Shown piece after piece: positions 63,358-64,000 of a DNA stretch of 64,000 bases. Position 1 is the first letter of the stretch. Every line of letters starts with the position of its first letter. The notes under the pieces were generated by a model, which had not been told where the DNA came from, did no database searches, and was given only the letters and a program-made list of their open reading frames with translations. Made by a program: the position numbers and the translations under genes. The stretch comes from Ostrea edulis (Eukaryota): assembly GCF_947568905.1 (NCBI RefSeq), contig NC_079171.1:31930001-31994000 (forward strand). Direction: 5' to 3'.

Positions 63358-64000
63358 GTGCTGAGTTGCATCATTATCAAAATTTACCGAAACAGTGGAC
63401 TCTCTGGCCAGTCTGGGGGCTGAGCTAGTTGCATCAGAACTGACAGAAGCAGAACTATCTGGCCAGTCGGTGGACTGAGTGGTATCAGAATCTTTTTTTT
63501 TTTTTTTCAAAATTCAGAAATTTAAAAACTGCATGATCAGATTTTTTTGTAACACTAATAATTAATGTCCCTTTATTGCGATGACTCTACAAGTACAAAC
63601 CATGATATTAAAAAAAGTGAAATGAAATGATAGATAAATAAATAAATTAAATATTTGTAAGTTACTTTATTTATCTGTAAGTAAGTCACTAATTAAGTGT
63701 AACTTGTGGCAGTGCAACTTGCAAGTGAAAATTGCATCATCTGTAGCTTATGACCCCTTTTGCCTTGCCTTGTAATTAATATTGTTGAAAATTTGGCAAA
63801 TAGCATTTTTGACCCCCCAGTCCATACCCCACTTTTCTTTAAACGTTAAAAATCCAGCTAATTCAGTGAGGAAGAAATGTCACTACCATATTTCGAATTT
63901 CCTCTAGACTATATCAAATTAAATACCGCACTGCTATCAGTCACAGATTAACACTGGTAGGGGTATGGGGACCTGGTCTGCGAGTATGATGGAAAAGATT

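Noticed and set aside
63277-63510. Ser/Pro-rich minus-strand ORF
   Set aside because: Begins in a poly-T run, ends in a poly-G run, has no convincing acceptor and no homology I can recognise.

Overview
Eukaryotic, AT-rich, intron-containing and repeat-dense DNA. The repeat families and gene families point to a bivalve mollusc, most likely an oyster (inference). Left 25 kb: a tandem cluster of secreted coiled-coil + C1q-domain (C1qDC) genes on the minus strand. It holds one frameshifted copy, two intact copies and one pseudogene, embedded in about a dozen fragments of a Penelope-like retroelement (Naiad type), tRNA-derived SINEs, Helentron-type HINEs and decayed DNA transposons. One intact copy carries an 11-fold expansion of a 17-residue coiled-coil unit. 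Middle: a five-coding-exon PEAK1/pragmin-like pseudokinase scaffold gene (minus, 29850-37159, 1570 aa as modelled). Right: a ten-exon HMG20A/B-like HMG-box gene (plus, 51190-60836, 337 aa as modelled), head-to-head with the PEAK-like gene. The most unusual pattern is that short tandem duplications repeatedly straddle splice donors, splice acceptors or the stop codon in all three unrelated gene types. No CRISPR array, rRNA or intact tRNA gene was found. All exon models were built by hand from GT-AG sites and phase checks; homology calls rest on remembered motifs, not database searches.
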